64,000 bases of DNA from an uncultured Bacteriovoracaceae bacterium (lineage in GTDB: Bacteria > Bdellovibrionota > Bacteriovoracia > Bacteriovoracales > Bacteriovoracaceae). The notes under the pieces were generated by a model that searched no databases, had not been told where the DNA came from, and worked only from the letters and a program-made list of their open reading frames with translations. The stretch spans positions 192,001 to 256,000 of the forward strand of contig CAXGUD010000001.1 of the NCBI GenBank assembly GCA_964012805.1, written 5' to 3'. Positions within the stretch are counted from its first letter, which is position 1, and every line of letters starts with the position of its first letter. This document shows positions 18,286-28,169 of this stretch, piece by piece. A program made the position numbers and the translations under genes.

Positions 18286-19623
18286 ATGGACTTAAAAATA
18301 TTAATTTTTTTACTCTCACTTACTTTAAACTTTCCACATATTGCATGGACTTCTGATAATATACAGACAATAACCATAGAAAAAGCAATAGGCCTCTCGC
18401 TAAAAAATAGTGAACTTCTTAAAGAAAAAAAATCTATTGTAAATAACTTCTCAAACCTTAAAAAGAGAATAAAAGGTGAATTTAACCCCAAGGTTAATAT
18501 CACTTTTGGTGCTGGGCCAGTTAATAAAGAAACTGGTAATTCAGTCACTAGTCAAAAAGAAAGCTCTTTAGGCCCTTTATTCCTCGGAAGTTTAAAATTA
18601 ACTTATCCTATTTGGACTTGGGGAAAAAAGTCAGATCTTATTAGAGCGGCTTCTTATGGAAAAGATGTTGAAAAAGAAAATGTTGCAATCCAAAAACTTG
18701 ATATCATCTACAATGTCAAAAAGTTTTATTATGGTAATCTGCTAGCAAAAACACTTCTTAGGTTTGCAGAAGAAACAGAAACTGATGTCTTAGATATCAT
18801 AAAAACGATGAAAGAGAAAAAAGCCTCTAAAGAGGATCGTTACCGAATTGAAATTTTAGCATCTGAAATAAAAACAAAAGTTATAGAGATTAAAAAGCAA
18901 GAAAAACTAACAATTAAAGCATTAAATTTTTTTGTGGGTAGAAACGACAACGAGCTCACTCTAAAAACAGATAAAAACTGGCTTGAATTTCAGAAAAGGC
19001 CACTTAAAAAGGATCAATATTACCTCAATCTGGCGAAAAATCACCTCCCACAGCTAAAACAAATAAAGTCAGGAATAAAAGCGAAATCAAGCCTTCTATC
19101 AGCAGAAAAAAAGAATAAATACCCTTTATTTGTTTTTCTTGCTGAAGGAAAATACGGTAAGACATCTCAAATGACAGATCAGAAAAGCTCCTTCAGTTAC
19201 GATCCATACAACCAAAAAGTATTGTCAGCTGGGTTTGGACTTACCCTAGATATCGATTGGGGAGTTACAAGTTCTAAGATTGAAACTATCAAATCAGAGT
19301 TAACCCAACTTCGTTTAAAAAAGTCTTTTGCTAAAAGAGGAATGTCTTTAAAAGTTATGCAAGCACTTGAAGACCTAAAATCCTCCATTGAGAAGGTAAA
19401 ATATCAAAAAAGATCAAAAAAATATGCAAAGAAATGGCTTAGCAGAGTCGTTATGGCCGTAAGTATGGGACTTTTGGATAGTAAAAAAATTTCTGATGTA
19501 TACTCCGCAAGGGCCATGACATTTAAAAATTACCTTGAAGCTGTTTATGAAAATTATATGGCCTGGGCGAACTTGAGTAAACTTATAGGAAAAGAGGTAG
19601 ACCCCCTATTATCAGAAAAATAG
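18286..19623 (+). CDS. TolC-family outer-membrane channel
   Basis: 445 aa; signal peptide; ITIEKAIGLSLKNS, LTYPIWTWGK, two-repeat OEP architecture, LSKLIG C-terminus. Confidence 0.85.
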   Translation: MDLKILIFLLSLTLNFPHIAWTSDNIQTITIEKAIGLSLKNSELLKEKKSIVNNFSNLKKRIKGEFNPKVNITFGAGPVNKETGNSVTSQKESSLGPLFLGSLKLTYPIWTWGKKSDLIRAASYGKDVEKENVAIQKLDIIYNVKKFYYGNLLAKTLLRFAEETETDVLDIIKTMKEKKASKEDRYRIEILASEIKTKVIEIKKQEKLTIKALNFFVGRNDNELTLKTDKNWLEFQKRPLKKDQYYLNLAKNHLPQLKQIKSGIKAKSSLLSAEKKNKYPLFVFLAEGKYGKTSQMTDQKSSFSYDPYNQKVLSAGFGLTLDIDWGVTSSKIETIKSELTQLRLKKSFAKRGMSLKVMQALEDLKSSIEKVKYQKRSKKYAKKWLSRVVMAVSMGLLDSKKISDVYSARAMTFKNYLEAVYENYMAWANLSKLIGKEVDPLLSEK

Positions 19624-19728
19624 CAGTTTTTTACTCCCCCCTTAAACCGTGATTTTAGATCTGTTTTTATCCAAAAAAAATATTTCAAAAATATTTAACT
19701 TAAATACTGATTGTCCGTTGAGTGGATT

Positions 19729-20535
19729 ATGAATAAACGAAGTGTAATAGCCAGTACCATTCTTATTCCAATATGCTCTACGTCTCTAGGAAGCACAAAG
19801 GCCATTGGAGATTTTTATATTGTAAAGGAAGGTGAGTCATTTTCTAAAATTGCTGAAAAAATGCGTTTTACTTACAGAGGATGGAGTTTCAGAAAAAGGT
19901 TTGAATCCCTCTTAAAAGAAAACCCCCAAATATCTGACGTAAATAAGGTTTTTCCTGGAGATAAACTCTCGCTTCCTTCAAAAGACGAGGAATCTATTAA
20001 AATACAAAACCTAAGCTCTAATGAAGATATAAATCCAAAGATAGTTATAACAAATTCATCAAGAGTACCGCAAGAAAAGGTTGAAAAGATTGAAAAAGAA
20101 TTAGTGAGTAATGATAAAAAAAGTTTGGATAAAAACTATAAATTATACTATGTAAAAAAAGGTGAAACACTCTCTCAGATTGCTCAAAAAACTATTGGTA
20201 AGCCCGTTTTTGACAATAAAATTGGATCTCTTCAACTTCTTCTAAGATACAATATGCAAATTAAAAGTCCGGATAATATTGAAGTGGGAGATAAAATATT
20301 TATTCCTTCTTTAGAGGAAATAGAGCTATACAAATTTTTAAAAACAAGAGAAGCAAAAGCTAAGAAAAAAAACCCCAGCCTAGGTAATAATAAGCTATTT
20401 TCCAAGCCAAAAATTATTGACTACTTACCGGAAAAAAAAGAAGTTATAAAAACAAACGAAAAAGTCTGGGTAAAAAAATTACTTCAAGGTGACGAGCACT
20501 TAAATTTTTTGTGGTGCTCTCCAAACTGCAAATAA
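19729..20535 (+). CDS. Secreted protein with two LysM domains
   Basis: YIVKEGESFSKIA...NPQISDVNKVFPGDKLSLP; YYVKKGETLSQIA...PDNIEVGDKIFIP. Confidence 0.85.
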   Translation: MNKRSVIASTILIPICSTSLGSTKAIGDFYIVKEGESFSKIAEKMRFTYRGWSFRKRFESLLKENPQISDVNKVFPGDKLSLPSKDEESIKIQNLSSNEDINPKIVITNSSRVPQEKVEKIEKELVSNDKKSLDKNYKLYYVKKGETLSQIAQKTIGKPVFDNKIGSLQLLLRYNMQIKSPDNIEVGDKIFIPSLEEIELYKFLKTREAKAKKKNPSLGNNKLFSKPKIIDYLPEKKEVIKTNEKVWVKKLLQGDEHLNFLWCSPNCK

Positions 20536-20540
20536 AGATT

Positions 20541-22274
20541 TCATATTTTATTTCCAATGATAAATGAAAATTCTTTGGTACTTAAATTTCCAACACGGTC
20601 TTTTGCAAAGATCTTAATCGTATATTGACCTTTTTTCCATAATTCAAGTGGCCCTTTGTATTTTTTTAAAACTCCACCCAGTTTATAAGAAATTGTACGA
20701 GTTCCAGACTTTTTATCACTTGCAGCTAAAAATAAGCGGCTACCAGGGAAATAGACCGTTAGATTTTTGTCTTCAGATGCTCTTTTTCCTAGTCCTGTAT
20801 TACTAAAATGATGAAAAATTTCAGGTGGAGTATTATCAACAACAACCTTTGAACTATTTGGAGTTTGAGAATTATTAACATTATCAATTGAGAAGTAAGT
20901 GAAGTTATAAACTCCTTCATTTGTTAAATTAAAGGAAGACTTAAAAACTCTTTCATTTGAGTCATTTATTTTATACCTAATTTCCTGAACACCACTCCCA
21001 ATATCTCTGGCATCAAAATTAATTTTTGTACTTTTGGAAATAAATACTTTTTCAAAAACCGGTATGTAGGGTCCTTCAAATTTTTGTTCGACAAAGGGCG
21101 GTAGTAAATCTAATATAAGCTTAATCTTTTTAGAACCAGACCAGTTATTTAATTCATCCACGGCTTTGTAAGTAATTTCATGTTTCCCTAGAACCTTTGG
21201 TAAAGAAAAACTTCCTCCGAAATTTCTATACTTTCCATTTTTGTATTTCCATATAATTTTTTTAACAGCAACTTGTTCATCACGAGCAGTAATATTTACC
21301 TTTGACCTTTGACTTACATAAATTCTCTCTCCTCTTACATGTTGATCACCGATAATATCGGCATCAAAAGCAGGAGGGGTTCTATCAAGGTAAAATTCAA
21401 CTTTTTTTGTTTCTTCTTTATTTTCCACATTATCAATCGCATAATAGGATAAAGTATAAGGGCCATCAGGAAGCTTCTTCATGGAAAGCCTTGAAGATCT
21501 ATAGACACCGCTTCGCTCGTAATCCGGTGAAGAGAAATCAAAATATAGTTTTTTTACCTTGGAACTTGCATCCTGACTTTGCAAACCAATTGTCACATTT
21601 CTTGAAAATACATTTTTTATTCTCAAACCTTTAATCATATAAGATGTTTCAGGTGGAGTAAGGTCTACAATAAAGTTTATATTTTTGTCATGAGACCTAT
21701 TACCAACATTATCCATACTATAAGCGACTAAATCGTATTTCTTCTCTTTATTAAAGGTAAAGGGACCGTTATATGGCTGAAATGGTCTATCGTTTATGGA
21801 AATAAATGTTTTTTTAACACCTGATAGTCCATCTTTAGACATTAGAGTTAACTCTACAGGCTCTCCCATATATAAGTCTTTTCCATTAAAATACCTCGGA
21901 ACTTTATTGTATTTATAGTTAAGCTTTGGTCCCTTGCTATCCAGATAAAGCCTAAATGTTGTAGATGGATCAACCGTCTTACCAAGATGAAAGTGAGCTA
22001 TCTTATGCATACCTGGGTTTTTAAAATTCATTGGAACTGGAGGTTTTGATCTATCTTTGGATCCTTCATTAAACCAAAGAACAGTTGGACTATCGTCATC
22101 TGGAGAAGTCGAGAGTTTTAAATATAGTGGCGCTTTATAATTTAGATAAACATTTTTGTTTTTATCTACATGGATTTTAGTTTCAAGGCTTTTACCATCA
22201 TCTATTTTTTCCAGTCCAAATATTGATAAGCTAACTAGAAAGCTTAGAGAAACTAACAAACTTTTTTTTCCCAT
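20541..22274 (-). CDS. Secreted protein with ~5 Ig-like/OmpL47-type beta repeats
   Basis: Repeated D..SG...Y..D.VGN...D..PP units (YSMDNVGN, YAIDNVEN, KAVDELNN, FSIDNVNN, FAKDRVGN); signal peptide. Confidence 0.75.
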   Translation of the reverse strand: MGKKSLLVSLSFLVSLSIFGLEKIDDGKSLETKIHVDKNKNVYLNYKAPLYLKLSTSPDDDSPTVLWFNEGSKDRSKPPVPMNFKNPGMHKIAHFHLGKTVDPSTTFRLYLDSKGPKLNYKYNKVPRYFNGKDLYMGEPVELTLMSKDGLSGVKKTFISINDRPFQPYNGPFTFNKEKKYDLVAYSMDNVGNRSHDKNINFIVDLTPPETSYMIKGLRIKNVFSRNVTIGLQSQDASSKVKKLYFDFSSPDYERSGVYRSSRLSMKKLPDGPYTLSYYAIDNVENKEETKKVEFYLDRTPPAFDADIIGDQHVRGERIYVSQRSKVNITARDEQVAVKKIIWKYKNGKYRNFGGSFSLPKVLGKHEITYKAVDELNNWSGSKKIKLILDLLPPFVEQKFEGPYIPVFEKVFISKSTKINFDARDIGSGVQEIRYKINDSNERVFKSSFNLTNEGVYNFTYFSIDNVNNSQTPNSSKVVVDNTPPEIFHHFSNTGLGKRASEDKNLTVYFPGSRLFLAASDKKSGTRTISYKLGGVLKKYKGPLELWKKGQYTIKIFAKDRVGNLSTKEFSFIIGNKI

Positions 22275-22310
22275 AATAAAACCTCTTAAAAGACCATAAC
22301 CCTACTTTTT

Positions 22311-22337
22311 TTATCGGCTATTTCCCTAAAAAGGTTA
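22311..22337 (-). promoter_or_regulatory. Sigma-28-like promoter
   Basis: Minus strand reads TAAC-N15-GCCGATAA (consensus -10), 36 bp upstream of the start codon. Confidence 0.65.
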
Positions 22338-22401
22338 ACATCTAAATTCATTTAAACCATAGTAATTGATGAGGAAAAAAATGATTATTAGCAAGATCTA
22401 A

Positions 22402-24132
22402 TTATTTATATTTAGATATAATAAAAGATATTGTCATTCTGCTATCATTACCAACATGATCGTAACAAACAATTTCTAATTCATGTTTACCCTGGCGCCA
22501 GTATTGTAGTGGTTCTTTATACCTCTTTGCAATACCACCTACTTTATAAAAAATTGACTTTGTCCCTGATAACGAATCTGAAGAACCTAAATAGACTCTA
22601 CTACCTGGAAGTAAAACTGGAAACATCCTCCCTTTAACCTCTCTTTCTCCTATTTTTGTGTTACTAAAATGATAGTTTATTTCAGGAGGTGAACTATCAA
22701 CAACAAAAGTTGATTTTTGCTTAATCATAGTATTTCCAACTCTATCCCTAGCAAAGTAATGGAGGTTATATGTCCCTTCCTCCTTCAAATGAAAAGGCCT
22801 TTTATAGCCCTTCTCAGGTCCTTTTTCATTACCTCTATCGGCCCTATAAATAATTTCTCTTATACCAGAACCTGAATCAAAGGCTTTCAGTACAATCTGA
22901 CTTTTTGGGGAAATAAAACTCTTTTCAAAAATTGAAATTTTTTTGCCAATAACTTTAAACTCCATCACAGGTGGCAATAAGTCCAATATAACACTTAGTT
23001 TTTTCATTTTACCCCAATTTCCTAGAGAGTCAGTAGCATTATAAAAAATATCTTGAACTCCTCTATTTGGTGGAAGAGAAAAAGGTTCCTTAAATATTAT
23101 TGCCTTTGACTTTTTAAACTTCCATATAACTTTCTTTACATCAACTTTATTATCTGAAGACTTAATATTAACTTTTGATCGCCCTGAAACAAATATTTTT
23201 CCATTAAATTTAAACTGATCACCAATAATACTTGCTTTAAATTTTGGAGGCTTTTTATCCAAATGAAACTCTATCTTTTTTTCTTTCTCTCTGTTTTCTA
23301 CGTTATCTATACCATAAAAACGAAGTGTATAATCGCCGCCTGGAAAACTACTTATAGAGATATTCTTACCTCTAAAAAGTCCCCTCTTTCGAAATAGGCC
23401 AGTATTATTTTGAAAAACATAAATTATGTTTTTTAAACCAGATAACACATCTTTACCCTGAAAAGAGAACAATGCTTTTTTAGACAAAATGTTTTCCTTC
23501 CTTAGTCCCCTGATTTTATATGAGCTTGACGGTGGGGTCAGGTCCAGCTTGAAAGAAATTTTTTGATATTTACTCTTATTAGATACATTATCCACACTGT
23601 AAAATTTCAATTCGTAATAGTTTTCATCTTTCACTATTATTGGTTTAACAAACTTTTGTTCTTCAGAATCATTAATTTTAAAGTGAATTCCTCTAACACC
23701 AGAAAGAGCATCTCTTGCCTTTAAGTTTATTTTGAAAGGCTCTCCAAAGAATGTTCCCCCCACCCCTCTAAACTTAGGTGACTTTGTAAATATCCAGCTA
23801 ACTTGTGGAGGAGTTTTATCTAAAATAACTTTAAAGTTATTCTTCCTATTCAACTTTCCTTTTCTTTTATGTTGATGCCCAATTAAATGTGCTCCTTGAT
23901 TAAGAAGCTTTATTGACTCTTTTTTTCCATCCAAGTTAAATAAGGGAATAGAGTTTGCATCATCGTCACTTGAATTCGAAATTCTCAAAAAGAAATTCGC
24001 CCCACCCTTTAAGTAAATCCTTTTGTATTTATCTATATGAATTGTTTTTTCTGACAAATTGGCTGGAAAACCTTTTGAGTAAATAAAAGTTGATCCTAAA
24101 AGAAGAACAAATATGATACATTTCAACTTCAT
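22402..24132 (-). CDS. Secreted Ig-like/OmpL47-type repeat protein (tandem paralog of 20541..22274)
   Basis: Same repeat register (YSVDNVSN, YGIDNVEN, NATDSLGN, FARDRVGN, CYDHVGN); shared IHxDK, DLTPP, IIGDQ, LDLLPP, HFSNT, PGSR. Confidence 0.75.
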   Translation of the reverse strand: MKLKCIIFVLLLGSTFIYSKGFPANLSEKTIHIDKYKRIYLKGGANFFLRISNSSDDDANSIPLFNLDGKKESIKLLNQGAHLIGHQHKRKGKLNRKNNFKVILDKTPPQVSWIFTKSPKFRGVGGTFFGEPFKINLKARDALSGVRGIHFKINDSEEQKFVKPIIVKDENYYELKFYSVDNVSNKSKYQKISFKLDLTPPSSSYKIRGLRKENILSKKALFSFQGKDVLSGLKNIIYVFQNNTGLFRKRGLFRGKNISISSFPGGDYTLRFYGIDNVENREKEKKIEFHLDKKPPKFKASIIGDQFKFNGKIFVSGRSKVNIKSSDNKVDVKKVIWKFKKSKAIIFKEPFSLPPNRGVQDIFYNATDSLGNWGKMKKLSVILDLLPPVMEFKVIGKKISIFEKSFISPKSQIVLKAFDSGSGIREIIYRADRGNEKGPEKGYKRPFHLKEEGTYNLHYFARDRVGNTMIKQKSTFVVDSSPPEINYHFSNTKIGEREVKGRMFPVLLPGSRVYLGSSDSLSGTKSIFYKVGGIAKRYKEPLQYWRQGKHELEIVCYDHVGNDSRMTISFIISKYK

Positions 24133-24166
24133 ATTACCTCAGAGCATATTTCTAACCTAATTAAAT

Positions 24167-25351
24167 TTAAGAAGACTCCTTAAAAACATACTTGACGAGT
24201 GGAGCCCCCTCTTTAACTTCCTCAACTTCCCTTCTTAATGAATGGGCTCCTCCTGCACTTCTTATTGAAATAATACCTTTTTTTCTGTCTTCGCTATGTT
24301 CATGCATATTATTTATAAGCGTTAAATCTTTCCCCGTATCTAAACTCAATTTGCAAAAAGAACGAGAGGTCTGATTATTTTCAGAAAACTCTCTTTTCTT
24401 TTTTCCACCAGTAGGCTTTGGATTTTGCTTAAACTCTAAGCTAGAGTTATTTAACTTAACATAAACAAGGAGGTTTAGAATTAATTTCAAAAGACTCCTT
24501 TTTTTGTAATCCCTAGAAGGAAGGAGGTCTATATGACTTTGCCCTTCAATTATCTTGGCAGTAGGATCAGCAGTTAACTTTAAAGTTGTTAGCTGATTGT
24601 GTTTTCCAACATCATGATCCAAAATTTCTGAAAATCTCTCAAATAAAGATATTTCAATTGGAGAAAATGAAAAAATATTCAAGACGCCATCTTCACCTTG
24701 GCAGAAAGCCACTCCACTCAAGAATGTTTTCTCCTCCCTGAAGTAACTATCTATTTCTTTTTTGGTAGAGATAAAAACTGATTTTATTTTATTTTTAGTA
24801 CCATATAAAAATGTGTCTTCTTTTAAAAACTCGAAATAAAAGGTCTCCTCTTTCATTAAATGCTTTATTTCAATATCCCTGTCTCTATCTTCCAGGCACT
24901 CTTTTAAGTTGTCAGAAACAAGGAATATATTTTCCTCTCTTTCTTTAAAACTAGAAAATTGAAAACAAATATTACTCATTGTTTGAGGGGAATTTTTAAA
25001 AAGCCAAGAAACAGGTGAAATCACGCCCTCCTCAAGAAGGCTTTTCGCAAAATCTATGCTATCCTGCCGACTCCCTGAAAAGTGCTGAGGATCAAACTCA
25101 TTCCCTCCCCCGCCATTTTCCACAGCTTCTGAAAGTTTCATTATTTCTCTTTTGGAACTATAAAGGGCCCTTGAGTTTTTAAAAGCCTTCTTCAACCACT
25201 TATAGTTTTGATTCATTTTTTTTGATGCTTTCATGTCGCTCAACATATCCACAAAAAGCTTTTTAACCGGCCCATTCACATAATTTGGAGTTATCTCTAC
25301 AATTTTACTAGGATCATTTTTACTTTTTGACCTCGTTTTCTTATCACCCAT
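24167..25351 (-). CDS. Hypothetical protein
   Basis: Long ORF; GGAGG RBS before ATG 25351. Confidence 0.7.
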   Translation of the reverse strand: MGDKKTRSKSKNDPSKIVEITPNYVNGPVKKLFVDMLSDMKASKKMNQNYKWLKKAFKNSRALYSSKREIMKLSEAVENGGGGNEFDPQHFSGSRQDSIDFAKSLLEEGVISPVSWLFKNSPQTMSNICFQFSSFKEREENIFLVSDNLKECLEDRDRDIEIKHLMKEETFYFEFLKEDTFLYGTKNKIKSVFISTKKEIDSYFREEKTFLSGVAFCQGEDGVLNIFSFSPIEISLFERFSEILDHDVGKHNQLTTLKLTADPTAKIIEGQSHIDLLPSRDYKKRSLLKLILNLLVYVKLNNSSLEFKQNPKPTGGKKKREFSENNQTSRSFCKLSLDTGKDLTLINNMHEHSEDRKKGIISIRSAGGAHSLRREVEEVKEGAPLVKYVFKESS

Positions 25352-25628
25352 GAGACCTCCCAAATAGAATCAACCACCTGAGGATTTTCTCACAAAAACA
25401 ATATTTTTTTTTCGTTTTTAATCATTTCTTAATATTTCAAGAAGTTTAGTATTATTTATTCTATTATTATTTAGAAAAAATGATTATTTAAAAGAGACAA
25501 AGGTGAACATATTAATGGCCATCAAGCATTTTCATTGTGCCCTATCAATAAAAAATGTTATAGTTTTGTTGGTCTAGAAGTGAGTTTTTTGAAATTTAAA
25601 TTAACTAAAAAAGAAAAAGGCAAACATA

Positions 25629-26213
25629 ATGAAATTAAAGAAAATTTTCCTGCTATTTTTACTCCTTACAGTATTTACATCGTGCGGCATGCAAAGTATC
25701 CCAACCGCACTTAACGAAGTGGACGCCCAATGGGCAGAGGTTCAAAACCAGTACAAAAGACGGTCTGACTTAATTCCTAACCTTGTCAATGTTGTCAAAG
25801 GTTATGCTTCACATGAAAAAGAAACATTAAGTGCTGTTATCAATGCAAGAGCGAAAGCAACCAAAATAAACCTACAAGTTGATCAACTTACACCAGAAAC
25901 GATGAAACAATTTCAAAAAGCCCAAGCCGGCTTGTCTAGTGCTTTGTCTAAACTAATGGTCGTGTCAGAAAGATACCCAAACCTTAAGGCCAATCAAAAC
26001 TTTAGAGACCTTCAAAACCAGCTTGAAGGAACAGAAAACAGAATAACTGTTTCAAGAAATCGCTACATTCAATCCATTAAAAACTTTAACAACCTCATAA
26101 CCGTACCTCCGACAAGCTGGTATAATGCCTTCTTCCTAAAGCACTCTAAGAAGCCCCAATTTGCTGTTCAAAATTTAGAAAAAGTACAAAATGCCCCTAA
26201 AGTGGAGTTCTAA
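25629..26213 (+). CDS. lemA: LemA-family lipoprotein
   Basis: FTSC lipobox, WAEVQNQYKRRSDLIPNLV, ERYPNLKANQNF, LEGTENRI. Confidence 0.95.
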   Translation: MKLKKIFLLFLLLTVFTSCGMQSIPTALNEVDAQWAEVQNQYKRRSDLIPNLVNVVKGYASHEKETLSAVINARAKATKINLQVDQLTPETMKQFQKAQAGLSSALSKLMVVSERYPNLKANQNFRDLQNQLEGTENRITVSRNRYIQSIKNFNNLITVPPTSWYNAFFLKHSKKPQFAVQNLEKVQNAPKVEF

Positions 26214-26962
26214 TGAAATACTTTAAAACAGCTTTTCTTCACGCTCTTATAATTTTCCTTCTAGGAATACGATTCATAAATGCTAAGGAAGTACCTCCAC
26301 TTACAGGGCCTGTGATTGATGAAGCTGGTATTTTATCGGCTTCAACAAAAGCGTCCTTTGAAAGTATCCTTAGAAGTTTCCACAAAAAAAACGGTCCTCA
26401 AATCCAACTCTACATAGCGAAGTCCCTTGAAGGTGAGACTATTGAAGGTCATAGCATCAAAGTGGTCGATGAATGGAAATTAGGAGATGAAAAAAAAGAC
26501 GATGGGGTTCTCTTTCTTATTGCCATGAAAGACAAAAAAATGAGGATTGAAGTGGGTCAAGGTCTCGAAGGAAGCTTAACTGACCTTAAAGCAGGTAGAA
26601 TTGTAGATCATCTTAAAGTCTATTTTAAAAAAGGGGAGTATGAAAAAGGCATATATATTGGTCTCAGCCTAATTGTAAAAGTTTTAGGAGGAGATATAAA
26701 AGAAATTCCAAAAGTACGAAGAAGCAGAGGGTACCGAAAAACCGGTGAAATGCAATCTTTAGGAGACTTCCTTCCCTTGGTATTTATAATTTTATTTATT
26801 ATTATTTCATCTTTTAGAAGAAACAGATTCTCATATTTTGGTAGTCATTACTCTGGAGGCTTTTCTGGCGGTGGTTTTTCCGGAGGAGGCTTTTCTAGTG
26901 GCGGAAGCTGGGGAGGTAGCGGTGGTGGATTTTCTGGTGGTGGCGCCAGTGGTGGATGGTAA
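26213..26962 (+). CDS. TPM-domain protein (YgcG-like) with Gly-rich tail
   Basis: VIDEAGIL, WKLG..KDDGVLFL, RIEVGQGLEG, GGFSGGGASGGW; overlaps the lemA stop. Confidence 0.92.
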   Translation: MKYFKTAFLHALIIFLLGIRFINAKEVPPLTGPVIDEAGILSASTKASFESILRSFHKKNGPQIQLYIAKSLEGETIEGHSIKVVDEWKLGDEKKDDGVLFLIAMKDKKMRIEVGQGLEGSLTDLKAGRIVDHLKVYFKKGEYEKGIYIGLSLIVKVLGGDIKEIPKVRRSRGYRKTGEMQSLGDFLPLVFIILFIIISSFRRNRFSYFGSHYSGGFSGGGFSGGGFSSGGSWGGSGGGFSGGGASGGW

Positions 26963-26992
26963 AAAAAATAGATATGAAAAAGAGGTTCATTA

Positions 26993-27616
26993 ATGAATTT
27001 TAGTAAAGAAGATCAAATTAAAGTAGAAGAAGCAATTAAAACGATTGAATTAACGACATCAGGTGAAATTGTACCGGCCATATTTCGCCAAAGTGACTTT
27101 TACCCTGCTTCTCACTTTAGACTTTCCCTCTTTGTTGGACTTTTAATTCCTTCTCTTTTGCTTTTCTTTACTGACATAGCTCAAACACCAACAGAAGTCT
27201 TGTGGTACCAGATACCTGGTATTGTTATAGGCTATTATTTAGCTTACATTCCGCAGCTCAAACGGTTTTTCTCGACCAAAGCAGAAAAATTGGAAGAAGT
27301 CCATCAAAGGGCCCTTCAGGCTTTTTTCGAAAATAATCTTCATACGACCAAAGAGCGCACAGGTATTCTTATAATGATTTCTGTACTAGAGCATAGAGTT
27401 GAAATATTGGCGGATAAGGGTATTAACGATAAAGTTCCAAAAGACACCTGGAACAAAATACTTGCTCCTCTTGTTTATAGTCTAAAAAATGACCGTTTGG
27501 GAGAAGGTCTTGTCCAAACAATCGTGGAGTGTGGAAAAGTTCTATCCATGCATTTTCCAATTCAAGAAGATGACAAAAATGAACTTTCAAATAAAATTGT
27601 TACAGATAATAATTAA
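26993..27616 (+). CDS. TPM-domain membrane protein
   Basis: ELTTSGEIV, TKERTGILI, EILADKGI, DKNELSN. Confidence 0.9.
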   Translation: MNFSKEDQIKVEEAIKTIELTTSGEIVPAIFRQSDFYPASHFRLSLFVGLLIPSLLLFFTDIAQTPTEVLWYQIPGIVIGYYLAYIPQLKRFFSTKAEKLEEVHQRALQAFFENNLHTTKERTGILIMISVLEHRVEILADKGINDKVPKDTWNKILAPLVYSLKNDRLGEGLVQTIVECGKVLSMHFPIQEDDKNELSNKIVTDNN

Positions 27617-27638
27617 ATTTTTTAAACTAGGTTATGTA

Positions 27639-28169
27639 ATGATGGTGGCTTCATTGAAAAAAGTTAATCGATTAATTTTTTTTTTCTTTTCACTTATGGC
27701 CTTTACTAACATCTATACCATAAGAGCTAACGCAAACATCGAAATAAAAGAAAATGAAATTTTTACTCTCGCGAAAATTGATAGAACGCCACAAAAAGAA
27801 GTACAGAAAATAAAAAAGACTGAGAAGTATCCATTAAGTTATAGTGAAGCGATCAACTTACTGGAATTTAAATTGCTTAATGATCAGTCTCCATCTTCAC
27901 TATTTCACTATACATACCTATCAGAAGAAAGCAAAAGCAGCCGTGAGCTAACCCAGGAACAAATTCTCAAAACGATGATCAAATATTTAAAGAAATCTAG
28001 AGTAAAACTAAGCCAAAGCGAACTTGATGGGCAAGCCTGGCCGAAGCTAAAATCAGAAAGTCACCTTCTTTTTATCCTTAGTTACAATATGGATGGTTTC
28101 ATAGCACTAGTTAAATTCATTATTGACCGAAAAAATGGAACAATTTCCCTAGAGGAAATTGCTGATTAG
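27639..28169 (+). CDS. Hypothetical secreted protein
   Basis: Start moved to ATG 27639 to avoid overlap; signal-peptide-like N-terminus. Confidence 0.55.
   Translation: MMVASLKKVNRLIFFFFSLMAFTNIYTIRANANIEIKENEIFTLAKIDRTPQKEVQKIKKTEKYPLSYSEAINLLEFKLLNDQSPSSLFHYTYLSEESKSSRELTQEQILKTMIKYLKKSRVKLSQSELDGQAWPKLKSESHLLFILSYNMDGFIALVKFIIDRKNGTISLEEIAD

Noticed and set aside
26850..26960. Repeated GGx-TTT-TCx units
   Set aside because: They encode the ordinary GGFSGG tail of TPM proteins; not a CRISPR array or DNA repeat element.
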